Below are positions 26,992-38,793 of a stretch of 42,443 bases of DNA, in pieces. The DNA comes from an uncultured delta proteobacterium (GTDB lineage: Bacteria > Myxococcota > Myxococcia > Myxococcales > Myxococcaceae): assembly GCA_963776345.1 (NCBI GenBank), contig CAVZMH010000005.1:1-42443 (forward strand), given 5' to 3'. The notes beneath the pieces were generated by a model that saw only the letters and a program-made list of their open reading frames with translations, searched no databases and was not told the origin of the DNA. Every line of letters starts with the position of its first letter. The stretch's first letter is position 1. The translations under genes and the position numbers were made by a program.

Positions 26992-28377
26992 TCACCGCGG
27001 CGTCTCGACCTTCACCGGCCCGAACTGCTTCAGCGAGTCCTCCACCACCTTCCGGTCGCCCACCACCACCAGCGTCATCCGGGCCGGGTCCAGGTACTTC
27101 CGGGTGATGCGGGTGACGTCCGCCGGCTTCACCGCCTCCACCCGCTGCACGTAGGTCCGGAGCCAGTCCGACGGGAGCCTGTAGAGGTCCACGAAGCGGA
27201 GCTGCCCGATGATGCCCGCGCGGCTGCTGTTCTGGAGCACGAACGTGCCGGCCACGTACCTCTCGATGCCGCTCAGCTCCTCGGCCCCCGGAGGCTCCTT
27301 CCGCAGCCGCTCCACCTCGTTCACCACCTCGCGCAGCGCGGCCGCGGTGTCCTTGGTGGTGACGTCCGCCTGCTCGACCCAGACGGCCGCGCCGGGGTGG
27401 GTGCTCACCGCGCTCCTGGGCGAGTAGGTGTACCCGTGCTTCTCGCGGATGTTGGCGGTGATGCGGCTGCCGAAGCTGCCGCCGAGCAGCGAGTTGGTGA
27501 CCAGCAGCGGGACGTAGTCCGGGGAGGTGGGCGGCACGACGGGGAGCCCGAGGCGCACCGTGGACTGCAGGGCGCCGGGCCGGTCCACCAGGAACACCCG
27601 CTTCCCACCGCGCGGGGAGGGCTTCGGCCTGGGCGCGGCCTTCGCCTTGCCCCAGCCCTTGAACGCCTCCTCGATGGCGGTGCGCACCGTGGCCGGGTCG
27701 AAGCGCCCCACCACGTAGAGGTGGGCGCGGTCCGCGCCGGCGTGGCGGGTCCAGAGCTGCCGCGCCTGGTCCAGGGTGAACTTCTCGACCTCGGCGGCGA
27801 CCGGGAGCACCCGGCCGTAGGGATGGTTGCCGTAGATGGCGCGACCGAACGACTCCTCGGCCAGCGGCTGCGGCTGGCTCCGCTGGATGGCCACCTCGCG
27901 CAGGAGGTCGCCCTTGAGCCGCGCCAGCTCGGACGACGGGAACGCCGGGGAGCGGGCGACCTCCGAGACCAGCCGGACCGCGTCGGCAGTGGAGTCGCCC
28001 AGGCACTCGAGGTCCAGCGAGGTCTCGTCCGTCCGCACGTTGACGTCGATGGCTCCGCCGAGCTTCGCCGCGGCCTCGGCGAGCTGCACCGCGCTCTTGG
28101 TCGAGGTGCCCTGGAGCAGGAGCTTGCCGGTGAGATCGGCGAGCCCGGTCTGCCCCGCCGCCTCGTCGACGTTGCCCACCCGGACGACGAGCGAGACGTT
28201 GGACTTGGGGACGGAGCCGTACGGCACCAGCGTCACCAGAAGTCCGCCGGGGAGCTTGAACACCGTGGTCGCCGGCAGCTCGAACGCCGGGGTGGGGCCC
28301 GGGGGCGGCGGGGTCTCCGGCGCGGCGACGGCGAGGCTCGTCCCGAGGAGCGCGAGTCCGAACAGGGTGCGCGACAT
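26992..28377 (-). CDS. M16 peptidase, non-catalytic subunit
   Basis: No HxxEH ('GLADLTGKLL'); retains 'SRITANIREKHGYTY'; signal peptide; coupled to the upstream M16 gene. Confidence 0.88.
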   Translation of the reverse strand: MSRTLFGLALLGTSLAVAAPETPPPPGPTPAFELPATTVFKLPGGLLVTLVPYGSVPKSNVSLVVRVGNVDEAAGQTGLADLTGKLLLQGTSTKSAVQLAEAAAKLGGAIDVNVRTDETSLDLECLGDSTADAVRLVSEVARSPAFPSSELARLKGDLLREVAIQRSQPQPLAEESFGRAIYGNHPYGRVLPVAAEVEKFTLDQARQLWTRHAGADRAHLYVVGRFDPATVRTAIEEAFKGWGKAKAAPRPKPSPRGGKRVFLVDRPGALQSTVRLGLPVVPPTSPDYVPLLVTNSLLGGSFGSRITANIREKHGYTYSPRSAVSTHPGAAVWVEQADVTTKDTAAALREVVNEVERLRKEPPGAEELSGIERYVAGTFVLQNSSRAGIIGQLRFVDLYRLPSDWLRTYVQRVEAVKPADVTRITRKYLDPARMTLVVVGDRKVVEDSLKQFGPVKVETPR

Positions 28378-29822
28378 CACTTGCCTCCCGCCGGCTGAAG
28401 AGCGACCACGGTGCGGTTGGTGGGACGGAGCCACTCCTCGGCCGTCTTCTGGATGAGCTCGGGAGTGACGGCGAGGAGGCTCGGCTCGATCCGGTTCACC
28501 GCGGCGGGATCTCCATCGAAGAGCGCGTAGGAGGCGAGCAGGTCCGCGCGGCCGAAGCCGTACCGCTGCTCGAGGTCGGCGTAGTAGTCGCTGCGGGCCT
28601 TGACCCGGGCGCGTTCCAGGGTCTCGGGGTCCACCGGGGCGTGGCGCAGGGGCTCGATGGCCGCGTCGATGGCCGAGACGATCTCCTTGGGCGAGTGCTC
28701 GGGGTCGTGGAACAGGGAGGCCATCCAGAGCATCGGGCCCTGGTAGTCGAACTGGTTGCCAAGCAGGTTCGCGCCGCCCTCGACCTCGCCGGTGAGGCCC
28801 CGCTTCTGCACCAGCTCCTGGTACAGCCGGCTGTCGGGACCGGCGACGAGGATCTGCTGGAGCAGCGCCATCGCCCAGAACTCGGGCGAGCCGCGCGGCG
28901 GCATGTGGTAGGCGACGGCCAGCGCGGGCCGCTTCGCCAGTGTGTCGTCGACGGTCTTCCAGCGCTCCTCGGTCTGGCGAGGCTCGGTGAGGTCGGGGAT
29001 GGGCGGGACCTGGGACCGGGGAATCCCCTCGAAGTACTTCGCCACCCACGCCTTCACCTGGTCCGGGTCGAAGCTGCCGCTCACCACCAGCGCGGCGTTG
29101 TTCGGCGCGTAGTAGGTGCGGAAGAACTGCTGCACGTCGTCGAGCGTGGCCGCGTCGAGGTCGCCGAGGTCGCCGTAGAAGTTGTGGGCGTTGTACCAGT
29201 TCTGGTTCGCGAGCTGCGGGACGGTGAGCCAGGGCCAGCCGCCGTACGGCCGGTTGAGCACGTTCACCCGCACCTCGCTCTTCACCACGCCCTGCTGGTT
29301 GGTGAGGTTCTCCTGCGTCACTTTCAGGCCGCGCATCCGGTCCGCCTCGGCCCAGAGCATGGTCTCCAGCACGTTGGAGGGGACGACCTCGAAGTAGTTG
29401 GTGAAGTCGAAGCGGGTGGAGCCGTTGAGGATGCCGCCGTTGCGCTGGACCAGCTGGATGAACGCCAGCTTCCCGAGGTTCTCGCTCCCCTGGAACATCA
29501 TGTGCTCGAAGAGGTGGGCGAAGCCGGTCCGGTTGCGCGGCTCGATGCGGAACCCGATGTGGTAGTAGACGGCCACCGTCACGATCGACGCGGTGGTGTC
29601 GCGAGAGAGCACCACCCTGAGCCCGTTGGGAAGCAGGTAGGACTCCACCGGGATCTCGAACGCCGGCCGCGCATCGGGCGGAACGAAGGGGGCGGCCGCG
29701 GGCGCAGGGGGAGTCGTCGCGGCCGGCGCCGGGGCCGAGGCAGCAGCCGCGGCCTGCGGAGGAGGCGGCGAGTGCGCGCACCCGAGCGCGAGGGCGATGG
29801 ACAGGAAGCAGAGGGTCCTCAT
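28377..29822 (-). CDS. M16 zinc peptidase, catalytic subunit, lipoprotein
   Basis: 'GFAHLFEHMMFQGS' (HxxEH), 'NGSTRFDFTNY', 'YYAPNNA'; lipobox 'ALGC'. Confidence 0.93.
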   Translation of the reverse strand: MRTLCFLSIALALGCAHSPPPPQAAAAASAPAPAATTPPAPAAAPFVPPDARPAFEIPVESYLLPNGLRVVLSRDTTASIVTVAVYYHIGFRIEPRNRTGFAHLFEHMMFQGSENLGKLAFIQLVQRNGGILNGSTRFDFTNYFEVVPSNVLETMLWAEADRMRGLKVTQENLTNQQGVVKSEVRVNVLNRPYGGWPWLTVPQLANQNWYNAHNFYGDLGDLDAATLDDVQQFFRTYYAPNNAALVVSGSFDPDQVKAWVAKYFEGIPRSQVPPIPDLTEPRQTEERWKTVDDTLAKRPALAVAYHMPPRGSPEFWAMALLQQILVAGPDSRLYQELVQKRGLTGEVEGGANLLGNQFDYQGPMLWMASLFHDPEHSPKEIVSAIDAAIEPLRHAPVDPETLERARVKARSDYYADLEQRYGFGRADLLASYALFDGDPAAVNRIEPSLLAVTPELIQKTAEEWLRPTNRTVVALQPAGGK

Positions 29823-29930
29823 GGGTGGCGCGCTCGTTAGCCGCCGGACGGCCCCTCGACAAGCCTTCTTCCGCGGACGGGAGGCATGCGCGGCTCGCCT
29901 CGCGCGCAGCTTCTGCTAGAGGACGCTGCC

Positions 29931-31465
29931 GTGCCGAGAGCGCCCACCCTCGCCGCGCTCCTCGTGGTCGCGGCGGTGCTGTTCTCCGGGCTGGGGGGTC
30001 CCGAGGGCGGCACCCACCCCGACGAGGGGCTGTACCTCCAGGCCGCGCGCGAGATGCACGCCCGGGGGGACTGGCTCACCCCCACCGTGGACGGAGGCCC
30101 GGACTTCACCAAGCCGCCGCTCCTCTACTGGGCGATGGCCGGGAGCTTCTCCCTGTTCGGGGTGACGCTCTGGGCGGCGCGCCTCCCGGTCGCGCTCGCC
30201 GCGCTCGCCCTGGCCTGGATGGCCGGCCTCCTCGCGCGGCGCGAGGTCGGCCCCGGCGCCGGGCCCATCGCCATCCTGCTGGTGGGCACCTGTCTCGGGC
30301 TGCTGCGCTACGCGCGGGTGGACCTGATGGACGTGCCGCTGGCCCTGGCCATCGCGGTGGGGCTCTGGGCGCTCTGGCGCGTGGCGGCCGGTGAGTCCCC
30401 GGCGCTCGCGCTCGCGGCAGGAGTGGCGGCCGCGGCGGCGGCCTTGCTCAAGGGGCCGGTGGGCCCGCTGCTGATGGTCCTGCCCGCGACGGTGTACCTC
30501 GCCCGACGGGGCGTGCCGAGGGCGCGACTGGGGTGGCTCCTGGCCGCGGGGGCCCTGGCCCTGCTCCTCGCCGCGCCCTGGTACCTGGCCATGGCGGAGC
30601 GCCACGGCGCGGCCTTCGTCGGCCGCTTCTTCGGGACCGAGAACGTGGGCAAGTTCCGCTTCCCCTGGACCCTGGACGGGCGAGCTGGGCCTCCTGCTCG
30701 CGCTGCCCATCCTCTTCCTGCCCTGGACGCCGCTCGTGCGCCCGCGCGGCCCCGGGGCGGCGCTGGCCTGGCCGTGGGTGCTGGGGCTGCTCCTCGTCTA
30801 CTCGCTGCCCGGGCTGAAGCACCCGCACTACGTGGTGCCGGCGCTGGTGCCGCTGGCGGTGCTGGCGAGCGGACCGCGTCCGGGAGCTGGACGGTGGGGG
30901 ACGGCGCTCCTGCTCCTCGGCCTCGCCCTCGCCGGCGTGCTGGCCCTGCGGTTCCCGCTCGTCGCTCCGGTCCGGTTCGCGCTGGGGGGCGTGGTGCTGC
31001 TCCTCGGGCTCGCGGGCGTGGCGGTGGGTCGCGGCGCGGTGCTGGCCGGGGCGGTGGGCTTCGCCGGGGCGTCGGCCCTCCTCTTCGCGGCCGTCCTGCC
31101 CGGGGCGGTGCCCCCGCCCGTCCCGTCCTGGGTGGCGGAGCGGGCCGGGCTCACGGCCGCTCTTCACCGCCACCCAGAACCCGGGCCTCTACTCGTTCCT
31201 GCTCGGCCGCACGGTGCACCGGGCGTCCGGGGAGGACCGGATGCTCCGTGCGCTCGAGGCGGGGCAGGGGTTGCTGGTGACCCGCGACGAACGATCATTG
31301 CTGCCGCCGGCGGTGGTCGGGCGGCTCGTTCCGCTGGCCTCGTGGCCCCGGCTCCGCGGCCGGCTCTCGGTCCGCGAGGTGGTGAACGCCTGGTGGCGGG
31401 CCGATGCCAGCCCGTTATTCGAGCCGATGACCCTCGAGGTCCTGCCGCCTGCTCCCCCGGTTTGA
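29931..31465 (+). CDS. ArnT/PMT-like (GT83/GT39) membrane glycosyltransferase with two apparent +1 frameshifts (about 30679 and 31148)
   Basis: '[19 protein letters not shown]....KPPLLYW', 'LLKGPVG', 'KHPHYVVP'; three consecutive frames; span 1535 = 3n+2. Confidence 0.82.
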
Positions 31466-31491
31466 CGCGGGGAGCGGGCGATCGATAGTGT
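31462..31491 (+). promoter_or_regulatory. Putative sigma70-type promoter of metK
   Basis: TTGACG-N18-TAGTGT, ending 35 nt before the ATG. Confidence 0.5.
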
Positions 31492-31526
31492 CCCGCGCCC
31501 TTCGCAGCACACGGAAGACCAGAGCC

Positions 31527-32702
31527 ATGCCCAAGGATTTTCTCTTCACCTCCGAGTCGGTCACCGAGGGCCACCCGGACAAGGTCGCCGACCAGATCAG
31601 CGACGGCGTCCTCGACGCGATCATCGCCGGAGACCCCCGCGGCCGCGTGGCGGTGGAGACGCTGGTGAAGACCGGCCTGGCCATCGTCGCCGGCGAGGTG
31701 ACGACCAGCACCTACGTCGACATCCCGAGCATCGTCCGCAGCACCATCGTCCGCATCGGCTACACCCACAGCGACATGGGGTACGACGGCCATACGTGTG
31801 GAGTGATGGTGGCCATCGAGGGCCAGAGCCAGGACATCGCCCGGGGCGTGGACAACGACAAGGAGCAGGGCGCGGGCGACCAGGGAATGATGTTCGGCTA
31901 CGCCTGCAACGAGACCTCCGAGCTGATGCCGGCGCCGATCCACTACGCGCACGCGCTCACCCGGCGGCTGGCGGAGGTGCGGCGCAAGTCGCTGGACTGG
32001 CTCCGCCCGGACGGGAAGAGCCAGGTCACCGTGCAGTACGTGGACGGCAAGCCGGTGCGCATCGACACGGTGGTGGTGTCCACGCAGCACGCCGACTCGG
32101 TCTCCAACAAGAAGATCCACGAGGCGGTGCGCGAGGAGGTCATCTTCAAGGCGCTGCCGAAGAAGCTGCTGGACCGGAAGACGCGCATCTTCATCAACCC
32201 CACCGGGCGCTTCGTCATCGGCGGCCCCATGGGCGACTCGGGGCTCACCGGGCGGAAGATCATCGTCGACACCTACGGCGGCATGGGCCGGCACGGCGGC
32301 GGCGCGTTCAGCGGCAAGGACCCGAGCAAGGTGGACCGCTCGGCGGCGTACATGGGCCGCTACATCGCCAAGAACGTGGTGGCGGCGGGGCTGGCGGACC
32401 GCTGCGAGGTCCAGGTGAGCTACGCCATCGGCGTGGCCGAGCCGGTCTCGGTGATGGTGGAGACGTTCGGCAGCGCCAAGGTCGCCGAGGCGCGCATCGC
32501 CGAGGCGATCCGCCGGACGTTCCCGCTGAAGCCGCGGGAGATCATCGACCACCTCGACCTGCTCCGGCCCATCTACCAGCGCACCGCGGCCTACGGGCAC
32601 TTCGGGCGTTCGGAGAAGGAGTTCACCTGGGAGCGCACCGACAAGAAGGAAGCGCTCCGGGAAGCGGTGGGCGCCCGGGCACTCCGCGCCGTCGGGGGCT
32701 GA
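31527..32702 (+). CDS. metK: S-adenosylmethionine synthetase
   Basis: '[13 protein letters not shown]', 'GAGDQG', '[16 protein letters not shown]', 'AYGHFG'. Confidence 0.98.
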   Translation: MPKDFLFTSESVTEGHPDKVADQISDGVLDAIIAGDPRGRVAVETLVKTGLAIVAGEVTTSTYVDIPSIVRSTIVRIGYTHSDMGYDGHTCGVMVAIEGQSQDIARGVDNDKEQGAGDQGMMFGYACNETSELMPAPIHYAHALTRRLAEVRRKSLDWLRPDGKSQVTVQYVDGKPVRIDTVVVSTQHADSVSNKKIHEAVREEVIFKALPKKLLDRKTRIFINPTGRFVIGGPMGDSGLTGRKIIVDTYGGMGRHGGGAFSGKDPSKVDRSAAYMGRYIAKNVVAAGLADRCEVQVSYAIGVAEPVSVMVETFGSAKVAEARIAEAIRRTFPLKPREIIDHLDLLRPIYQRTAAYGHFGRSEKEFTWERTDKKEALREAVGARALRAVGG

Positions 32703-32798
32703 CCGGCGTCCGAGCAGCTGGACGCCGGTGCGCAAGGCGCGATTGCCCGATCCGGCCCGGTGGTGGTCCCATCTCCTGAACGCCTCCCGGGGGGATGG

Positions 32799-33170
32799 GT
32801 GAGAACGCCCGCTGCCGCTGCGCTGCTCACGCTCTGCACCGCGCTCGCAGGCTGCTCCGGGGAGAGCTGCATCGAGCCTCCATGCCTGCCGCTGGTCGCG
32901 GTGACGCTCCACGTCCTCGACGCGGCCGACGGAGGACCGGTGAGCGACCCGATGGTGAACGGAGCGCCGTGCGGAACAAGCGGGCTCTGCCTCCCGCTGC
33001 AGCCGGACGGGGGCCAGCTCGGCGCGGGAACGGTCTCGCTCGACGTGACCGCTCCGGGGTACGGGCACACCGCGCTCGAGGTCGACGTCCCGGCGGCGAA
33101 GTCGGACGCCTGCACCTGTCAGCCGGGGTTCGTGCCGCAGACGCGGGACGTCGCGCTCACCCATCTGTGA
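32799..33170 (+). CDS. Small Cys-rich lipoprotein (carboxypeptidase-regulatory-like beta-sandwich)
   Basis: Lipobox 'ALAGC'; 'VTLHVLDAADGGPV...SLDVTAPGY'. Confidence 0.65.
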   Translation: MRTPAAAALLTLCTALAGCSGESCIEPPCLPLVAVTLHVLDAADGGPVSDPMVNGAPCGTSGLCLPLQPDGGQLGAGTVSLDVTAPGYGHTALEVDVPAAKSDACTCQPGFVPQTRDVALTHL

Positions 33171-33300
33171 CGGTGGCCAGGTGCTGGACCTGCGCGAGCC
33201 GTTCGGTCCAAGTTTCCGCGCCGTGCGTGATGTCCGACATCCAGGCCGGTATCCTCGAGGTGGTGGGCCGGCGGGCCGAGGCGACCTCCCGGGCCGTCCG

Positions 33301-34518
33301 ATGAAGCACGCGGGCACTGCACCGGGCGAGAGCCTCGAGCTGACCGCGGAGCAGGCGCGCCGGTTCCTCGTCCGCCGTCACTTCCTCGCTCCACCGCGGG
33401 CGCTGCCAGCGCGGGCGGAGTCGGTGCTCCGGGTCGTCCGCGAGCTCGGCTCGGTGCAGTTCGATCCGCTGGAGGTCACCGGCGCCCGGAACGACGACCT
33501 GGTCCTCGCCGCGCGCATCCGGAACTACCGGCGGGGCTGGATGGAGCGCTGGCTCTATGGATGTCCCGGCGACCGGAAGCTCTTCGAGGCCTACAACAAG
33601 TCGCTGAACATGCTCCCGGTCGAGGAGCTCCCGGTGCACCGGGTGGACTGGGAACAGTGGCGCCAGCGCGACGGGGCGTACCAGGGCCTGCTGCACCGGC
33701 ACGCCGACGTGGCGGCGGAGATCCTGCGGCGACTCGAGCGGGAGGGCGCCCTTCCCGGCAGCGCCTTCGTCGAGCGAGGCGGGCACCGCCTCCTCTGGGG
33801 CTGGGGGAAGATCACGGTGCCCCGGGCGGTGCTCTACGCACTCTTCCGGACCGGGCAGGTCGGCATCGCCCGGCGGCTCGGCAACGTGCGCGTCTACGAC
33901 CGCCTCGAGCGCCTCTTCCCCGCGTCGCTGCTCGAGTCCCGGTTGCCCGACGAGGAGGTCAGGCGCCACCAGCTCCTGAGCCGGTTCCGCGGCGTGGGCC
34001 TGCTCGGGCTGCGCGCCGGCGCGGAGATCTGGTCGGGCACCGTGCCTGCGCGCGAGCGCGCCCGGCTCACCGAGGCGATGGTCGCCGACGGGACGCTCCG
34101 GCGGGTCCGGGTCGAGGGCGTGCGCGACGAGCGGTTCATGCTCGCCGCGGACACCCGCTTCCTCCGGGGCGGCGCGCTTCGCAAGCACGAGGTGGCCCTT
34201 CTCGCGCCGCTCGACCCGCTGGTCTGGGACCGCGAGCTGCTCCGCCAGCTCTTCGACTTCGATTACGTCTGGGAGGTGTACGTCCCGGCGAAGGCGCGCA
34301 AGCACGGGTACTACGTGCTGCCGCTGCTCTGGGGTGACCGGCTCGTGGGACGCATCGAGCCGCGCATCGACCGCAAGGCGGGCGTGCTCCGCGTCCCCGC
34401 GCCGCGACTCGAGCACCGGATGCGCCGCACCGAGCGGCTCGAGCTCGACGCCGCGCTGGAACGCGCGCTGGAGGCCCACCGGCGGCTCTCCGGCGCCGAG
34501 CGGATCGAGCACGGCTGA
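33301..34518 (+). CDS. ycaQ: YcaQ/AlkZ-family (HTH_42) crosslink DNA glycosylase
   Basis: QxD motif 'VQFDP'; 'LLAPLDPLVWDR..LFDFDYVWEVYVP..RKHGYYVLPLLWGDRLVGR'. Confidence 0.88.
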   Translation: MKHAGTAPGESLELTAEQARRFLVRRHFLAPPRALPARAESVLRVVRELGSVQFDPLEVTGARNDDLVLAARIRNYRRGWMERWLYGCPGDRKLFEAYNKSLNMLPVEELPVHRVDWEQWRQRDGAYQGLLHRHADVAAEILRRLEREGALPGSAFVERGGHRLLWGWGKITVPRAVLYALFRTGQVGIARRLGNVRVYDRLERLFPASLLESRLPDEEVRRHQLLSRFRGVGLLGLRAGAEIWSGTVPARERARLTEAMVADGTLRRVRVEGVRDERFMLAADTRFLRGGALRKHEVALLAPLDPLVWDRELLRQLFDFDYVWEVYVPAKARKHGYYVLPLLWGDRLVGRIEPRIDRKAGVLRVPAPRLEHRMRRTERLELDAALERALEAHRRLSGAERIEHG

Positions 34519-34596
34519 GGCAGGGAATGAACCGCGGGGTCCTCCGAGTCTCCTCGCCACGAGCGAGATGCTTCGCTCGCATCCAAAGGAGACCCC

Positions 34597-34893
34597 ATGA
34601 AGACCCTGAGGCACGCCCTCGTCGTCGTTGTCGCCATCGCCGGATCCGTCCACGCCGCGCCGGTCCCCGCGGCCGACGCACATGCCTACGGAGCAACCGC
34701 CGACCGCGTGGAGCAAGCCTCCGCCGCCACCTCGCCCGCGCCGTCGACCGACACTGCGCACATGGCTGCCGTCGCGGCTGAGCTCGCGCGGCGCGTCCAG
34801 ACTCTGGAGCAGGAGCTGGCGGGGCTTCGCGCCCAGGAAAGCGAGCGCGCGCGGCTGGTCGTCGAGCCCGACCCCACCTTCTTCGACGGGTGA
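34597..34893 (+). CDS. Small secreted protein with C-terminal coiled coil
   Basis: AAGGAG RBS; signal peptide ending 'VHA'; heptads 'LARRVQTLEQELAGLRAQE'. Confidence 0.72.
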   Translation: MKTLRHALVVVVAIAGSVHAAPVPAADAHAYGATADRVEQASAATSPAPSTDTAHMAAVAAELARRVQTLEQELAGLRAQESERARLVVEPDPTFFDG

Positions 34894-34898
34894 CAGCC

Positions 34899-34933
34899 GA
34901 CCGTTCGTGGGACGGTCGATCCCACGAACGGTC
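34899..34933 (+). terminator. Perfect 14-bp stem hairpin after the small secreted gene
   Basis: GACCGTTCGTGGGA-7 nt-TCCCACGAACGGTC, 5 nt after the stop codon; only a short TT tail. Confidence 0.6.
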
Positions 34934-34966
34934 TTCGCCCGGGGGCCACCCGGGAGGACAGTGCGG

Positions 34967-34982
34967 TGGCACGGTTCTCGCT
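34967..34982 (+). promoter_or_regulatory. Putative sigma54 promoter of the orphan permease
   Basis: TGGCACGGTTCTCGCT has GG-N10-GC spacing and a perfect TGGCACG. Confidence 0.55.
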
Positions 34983-34997
34983 CAGGGTCGACGCTCC

Positions 34998-37418
34998 ATG
35001 AGCGGGCTGGGTCGCGAGTTCCGGGAGGCGTTCCGTCTGCTCGTCCGTTCACCGGCCTTCGTGGCGGCCGTCGTGCTGCCGCTGGCGCTCGCCCTCGGGG
35101 CGAACACCGCGCTGTTCACCGTCATTCGCGGGGTCCTGCTCCGGCCGCTGCCGTACCCCGAGCCAGAGCGCCTGGTCCGGGTGTACCGCGGCGGTCCCTC
35201 CGGCGAGGGGGGACGATATCCGCTCTCGGCGCTGAATCTCCGGGAGGACATCGCGGGCGTCCGGACGCTGGGCTCGCTCGCGGCGTGGGCCGTGGGGAGC
35301 GCCTCGCTCGCGGGCGACGGACCGGCAGAGCACCTGCGCGTCGGCCAGGGCACGGCGTCCCTGCTCCAGGTCCTGGGGGTGATCCCGTCGCTGGGTCGCT
35401 GGTTCGGTCCCGAGGAGGAGGACCCTCAGCGAGACCACCGCATCGTCGTGTCGCACGCGCTCTGGACGCGCCGCCTGGGCGGGGACCCCGCCGCTCTGGG
35501 ACGCACCCTGATGCTGGACGGCGAGCCGTACCAGGTGGTCGGCGTACTCCCTTCGGGTGTCGAGCTTCCCGAGCTCTGCGATGCCTGGGTGCCGCTGTCG
35601 TTCGAGCCAATGAGGCTCCAGCCCCCGGCCCGGAACTGGCATTATCTCCGGGTGGTCGCCCGGCTCGCCCCGGGGAGCAGCCTGGAGAGCGCGCGCCGCG
35701 AGCTGGCAGAGCGTGCGCAGCGGACCCTGGCGGACCATCCAGAGGCGTACTCCCTCCCCTTCGTCTTCGCGCCCCTCCCGATGCGCGAGGACATGGTCCG
35801 CTCGGTCCAGCCGATGCTGGTCCTCCTCTTCGGCGCGGTGGCGCTGGTCCTGGTGATGTCCGGGGTGAACGTGGGCAATCTCCTCCTCGCGCGTTCCATG
35901 GCACGGCGGAAGGAGCTGGCGATCCGCTCGGCCCTGGGCGCCAGGCGCTCGACGCTCGTCCGCCAGCTGCTGGTCGAGAGCCTGCTCCTCTCGGGCGCGG
36001 CCGGTGTGCTGGGCGTCCTCATGGCGGCGTCGACGACCGGAGCGCTCCTCGCGCTCGCCCCCCAGGCGGTCCCGCGAGCAGAGGCGGTGCATCTCGACGC
36101 GCTGGTGCTGGTCTTCGCAGCGGGCATCACCGGGATCAGTGGCGTGGTCTTCGGGCTGGTGCCGGCGCTGTTCGCCTCGGAGATCGATCTCGAGGAGGCG
36201 CTCCGCGGCTCCGCCTCGATGCGACCTCGGGGCAGGACGCTGCGGCGGATCCTGGTGACGGTCGACGTGGGGCTGGCCCTGGTGCTGCTCTGCGCCGCCT
36301 CGCTCCTCCTGCGCAGCTTCGTGCTCGCGCTGGGGGTGGACCCGGGGTTCCGGGCAGACGGGGTGGTGACCTTCCAGACCGCGTTCCCGATGCCCTCCGA
36401 GATGTCCGAGCAGGCCGAGACGCGACGGCTGACGTACCACCGGCGCGCGGTCGAGTCGCTGCGCGCCCTGCCCGGGGTCGACTCGGCGGGCGCGGTCAGC
36501 GTCCTCCCGCTCTCGCAGAGCATCTCGGACCGCCTGCTGGAGATCGAGGGAGATCCGGCGGGCCCGGGGCGGGAAATGACGTCGGAGGAGTACCGGGTGG
36601 TCACGCCGGGGCTCTTCGAGACGCTGCGGATCCCGCTGCTGAAGGGGCGGACCATCGAGGCCACCGACACGGCCAGCGCACCACCCGTGGTCGTGGTGAA
36701 CGAATCCTTCGTCCGTCGGCGCTTCCCCGGAGGTGAGGCGCTCGGAAAGCGCCTCCGCCTCACCTCTCCTGCCGGCGCGTGGACCACGGTGGTGGGGGTG
36801 GTGGGCGACGTCCGGGAGTTCGGCCTCGACCGGCCGGTCCAGCCGATCATGTACTTCCCGTTCGCCCAGCAGCCGACGGACGGGATGAGCTTCGTGGTGC
36901 GGTCCTCCGCCGGGTACGCCACCACCAGCCGGGCGGCTGCCTCCGCGCTCCAGGCGCTCGACCCGGAGATCCCCACCTTCGCGATGCGCCCGTACCAGTC
37001 GTTCCTCTCGGCGTCGATGGCCGAGCGTCGCTTCTCGCTGGTGCTGGTGGCCTGCTTCGCCCTCCTCGCCGTCGTGCTCGCGGCCGTCGGGCTCTACGGG
37101 GTCGTGGCTTACTCGGTGCGCCAGCGGACGAAGGAGATCGGCGTCCGCATGGCGGTCGGGGCGGACCGGGGGCGCATCGCCCTGCTGGTCGCCGGGGAGA
37201 GCGCCCGGATGGTGGGCGTCGGCCTTGCGGCGGGGCTGGTGGGGGCGCTGGCCGCGGCGCGGTTGCTCGGCGGATTCCTCTACGGCGTGGGCCCGGCGGA
37301 CCCGCTCGCCATGATGGGCGCGGCGCTGGTCCTGGCGACGGCCGCGACGCTGGCCACGGTGCTGCCGGTCCGCCGCGCGACGCGGGTCGATCCGGTAGTG
37401 GCCCTGGCCGCCGAGTGA
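34998..37418 (+). CDS. Duplicated MacB_PCD/FtsX ABC permease (ADOP-type), no adjacent ATPase
   Basis: 'LALGANTALF..GVLLRPLPYPEPERLV', 'RRKELAIRSALGA', 'GLYGVVAYSVRQRTKEIGVRMAVGA', 'PVRRATRVDPVVAL'. Confidence 0.92.
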   Translation: MSGLGREFREAFRLLVRSPAFVAAVVLPLALALGANTALFTVIRGVLLRPLPYPEPERLVRVYRGGPSGEGGRYPLSALNLREDIAGVRTLGSLAAWAVGSASLAGDGPAEHLRVGQGTASLLQVLGVIPSLGRWFGPEEEDPQRDHRIVVSHALWTRRLGGDPAALGRTLMLDGEPYQVVGVLPSGVELPELCDAWVPLSFEPMRLQPPARNWHYLRVVARLAPGSSLESARRELAERAQRTLADHPEAYSLPFVFAPLPMREDMVRSVQPMLVLLFGAVALVLVMSGVNVGNLLLARSMARRKELAIRSALGARRSTLVRQLLVESLLLSGAAGVLGVLMAASTTGALLALAPQAVPRAEAVHLDALVLVFAAGITGISGVVFGLVPALFASEIDLEEALRGSASMRPRGRTLRRILVTVDVGLALVLLCAASLLLRSFVLALGVDPGFRADGVVTFQTAFPMPSEMSEQAETRRLTYHRRAVESLRALPGVDSAGAVSVLPLSQSISDRLLEIEGDPAGPGREMTSEEYRVVTPGLFETLRIPLLKGRTIEATDTASAPPVVVVNESFVRRRFPGGEALGKRLRLTSPAGAWTTVVGVVGDVREFGLDRPVQPIMYFPFAQQPTDGMSFVVRSSAGYATTSRAAASALQALDPEIPTFAMRPYQSFLSASMAERRFSLVLVACFALLAVVLAAVGLYGVVAYSVRQRTKEIGVRMAVGADRGRIALLVAGESARMVGVGLAAGLVGALAAARLLGGFLYGVGPADPLAMMGAALVLATAATLATVLPVRRATRVDPVVALAAE

Positions 37419-37428
37419 GCGAGCCCGC

Positions 37429-38789
<1,361 letters not shown>

Positions 38790-38793
<4 letters not shown>

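Noticed and set aside
26992..29862. 956-aa single M16 protein
   Set aside because: Two separate genes in different frames overlap at 28377; the long ORF is an off-frame extension.
34524..34552. ECF-like promoter (GAACC...GTCT) before the small secreted gene
   Set aside because: The 14-nt spacer is short for that consensus and such matches arise easily by chance.
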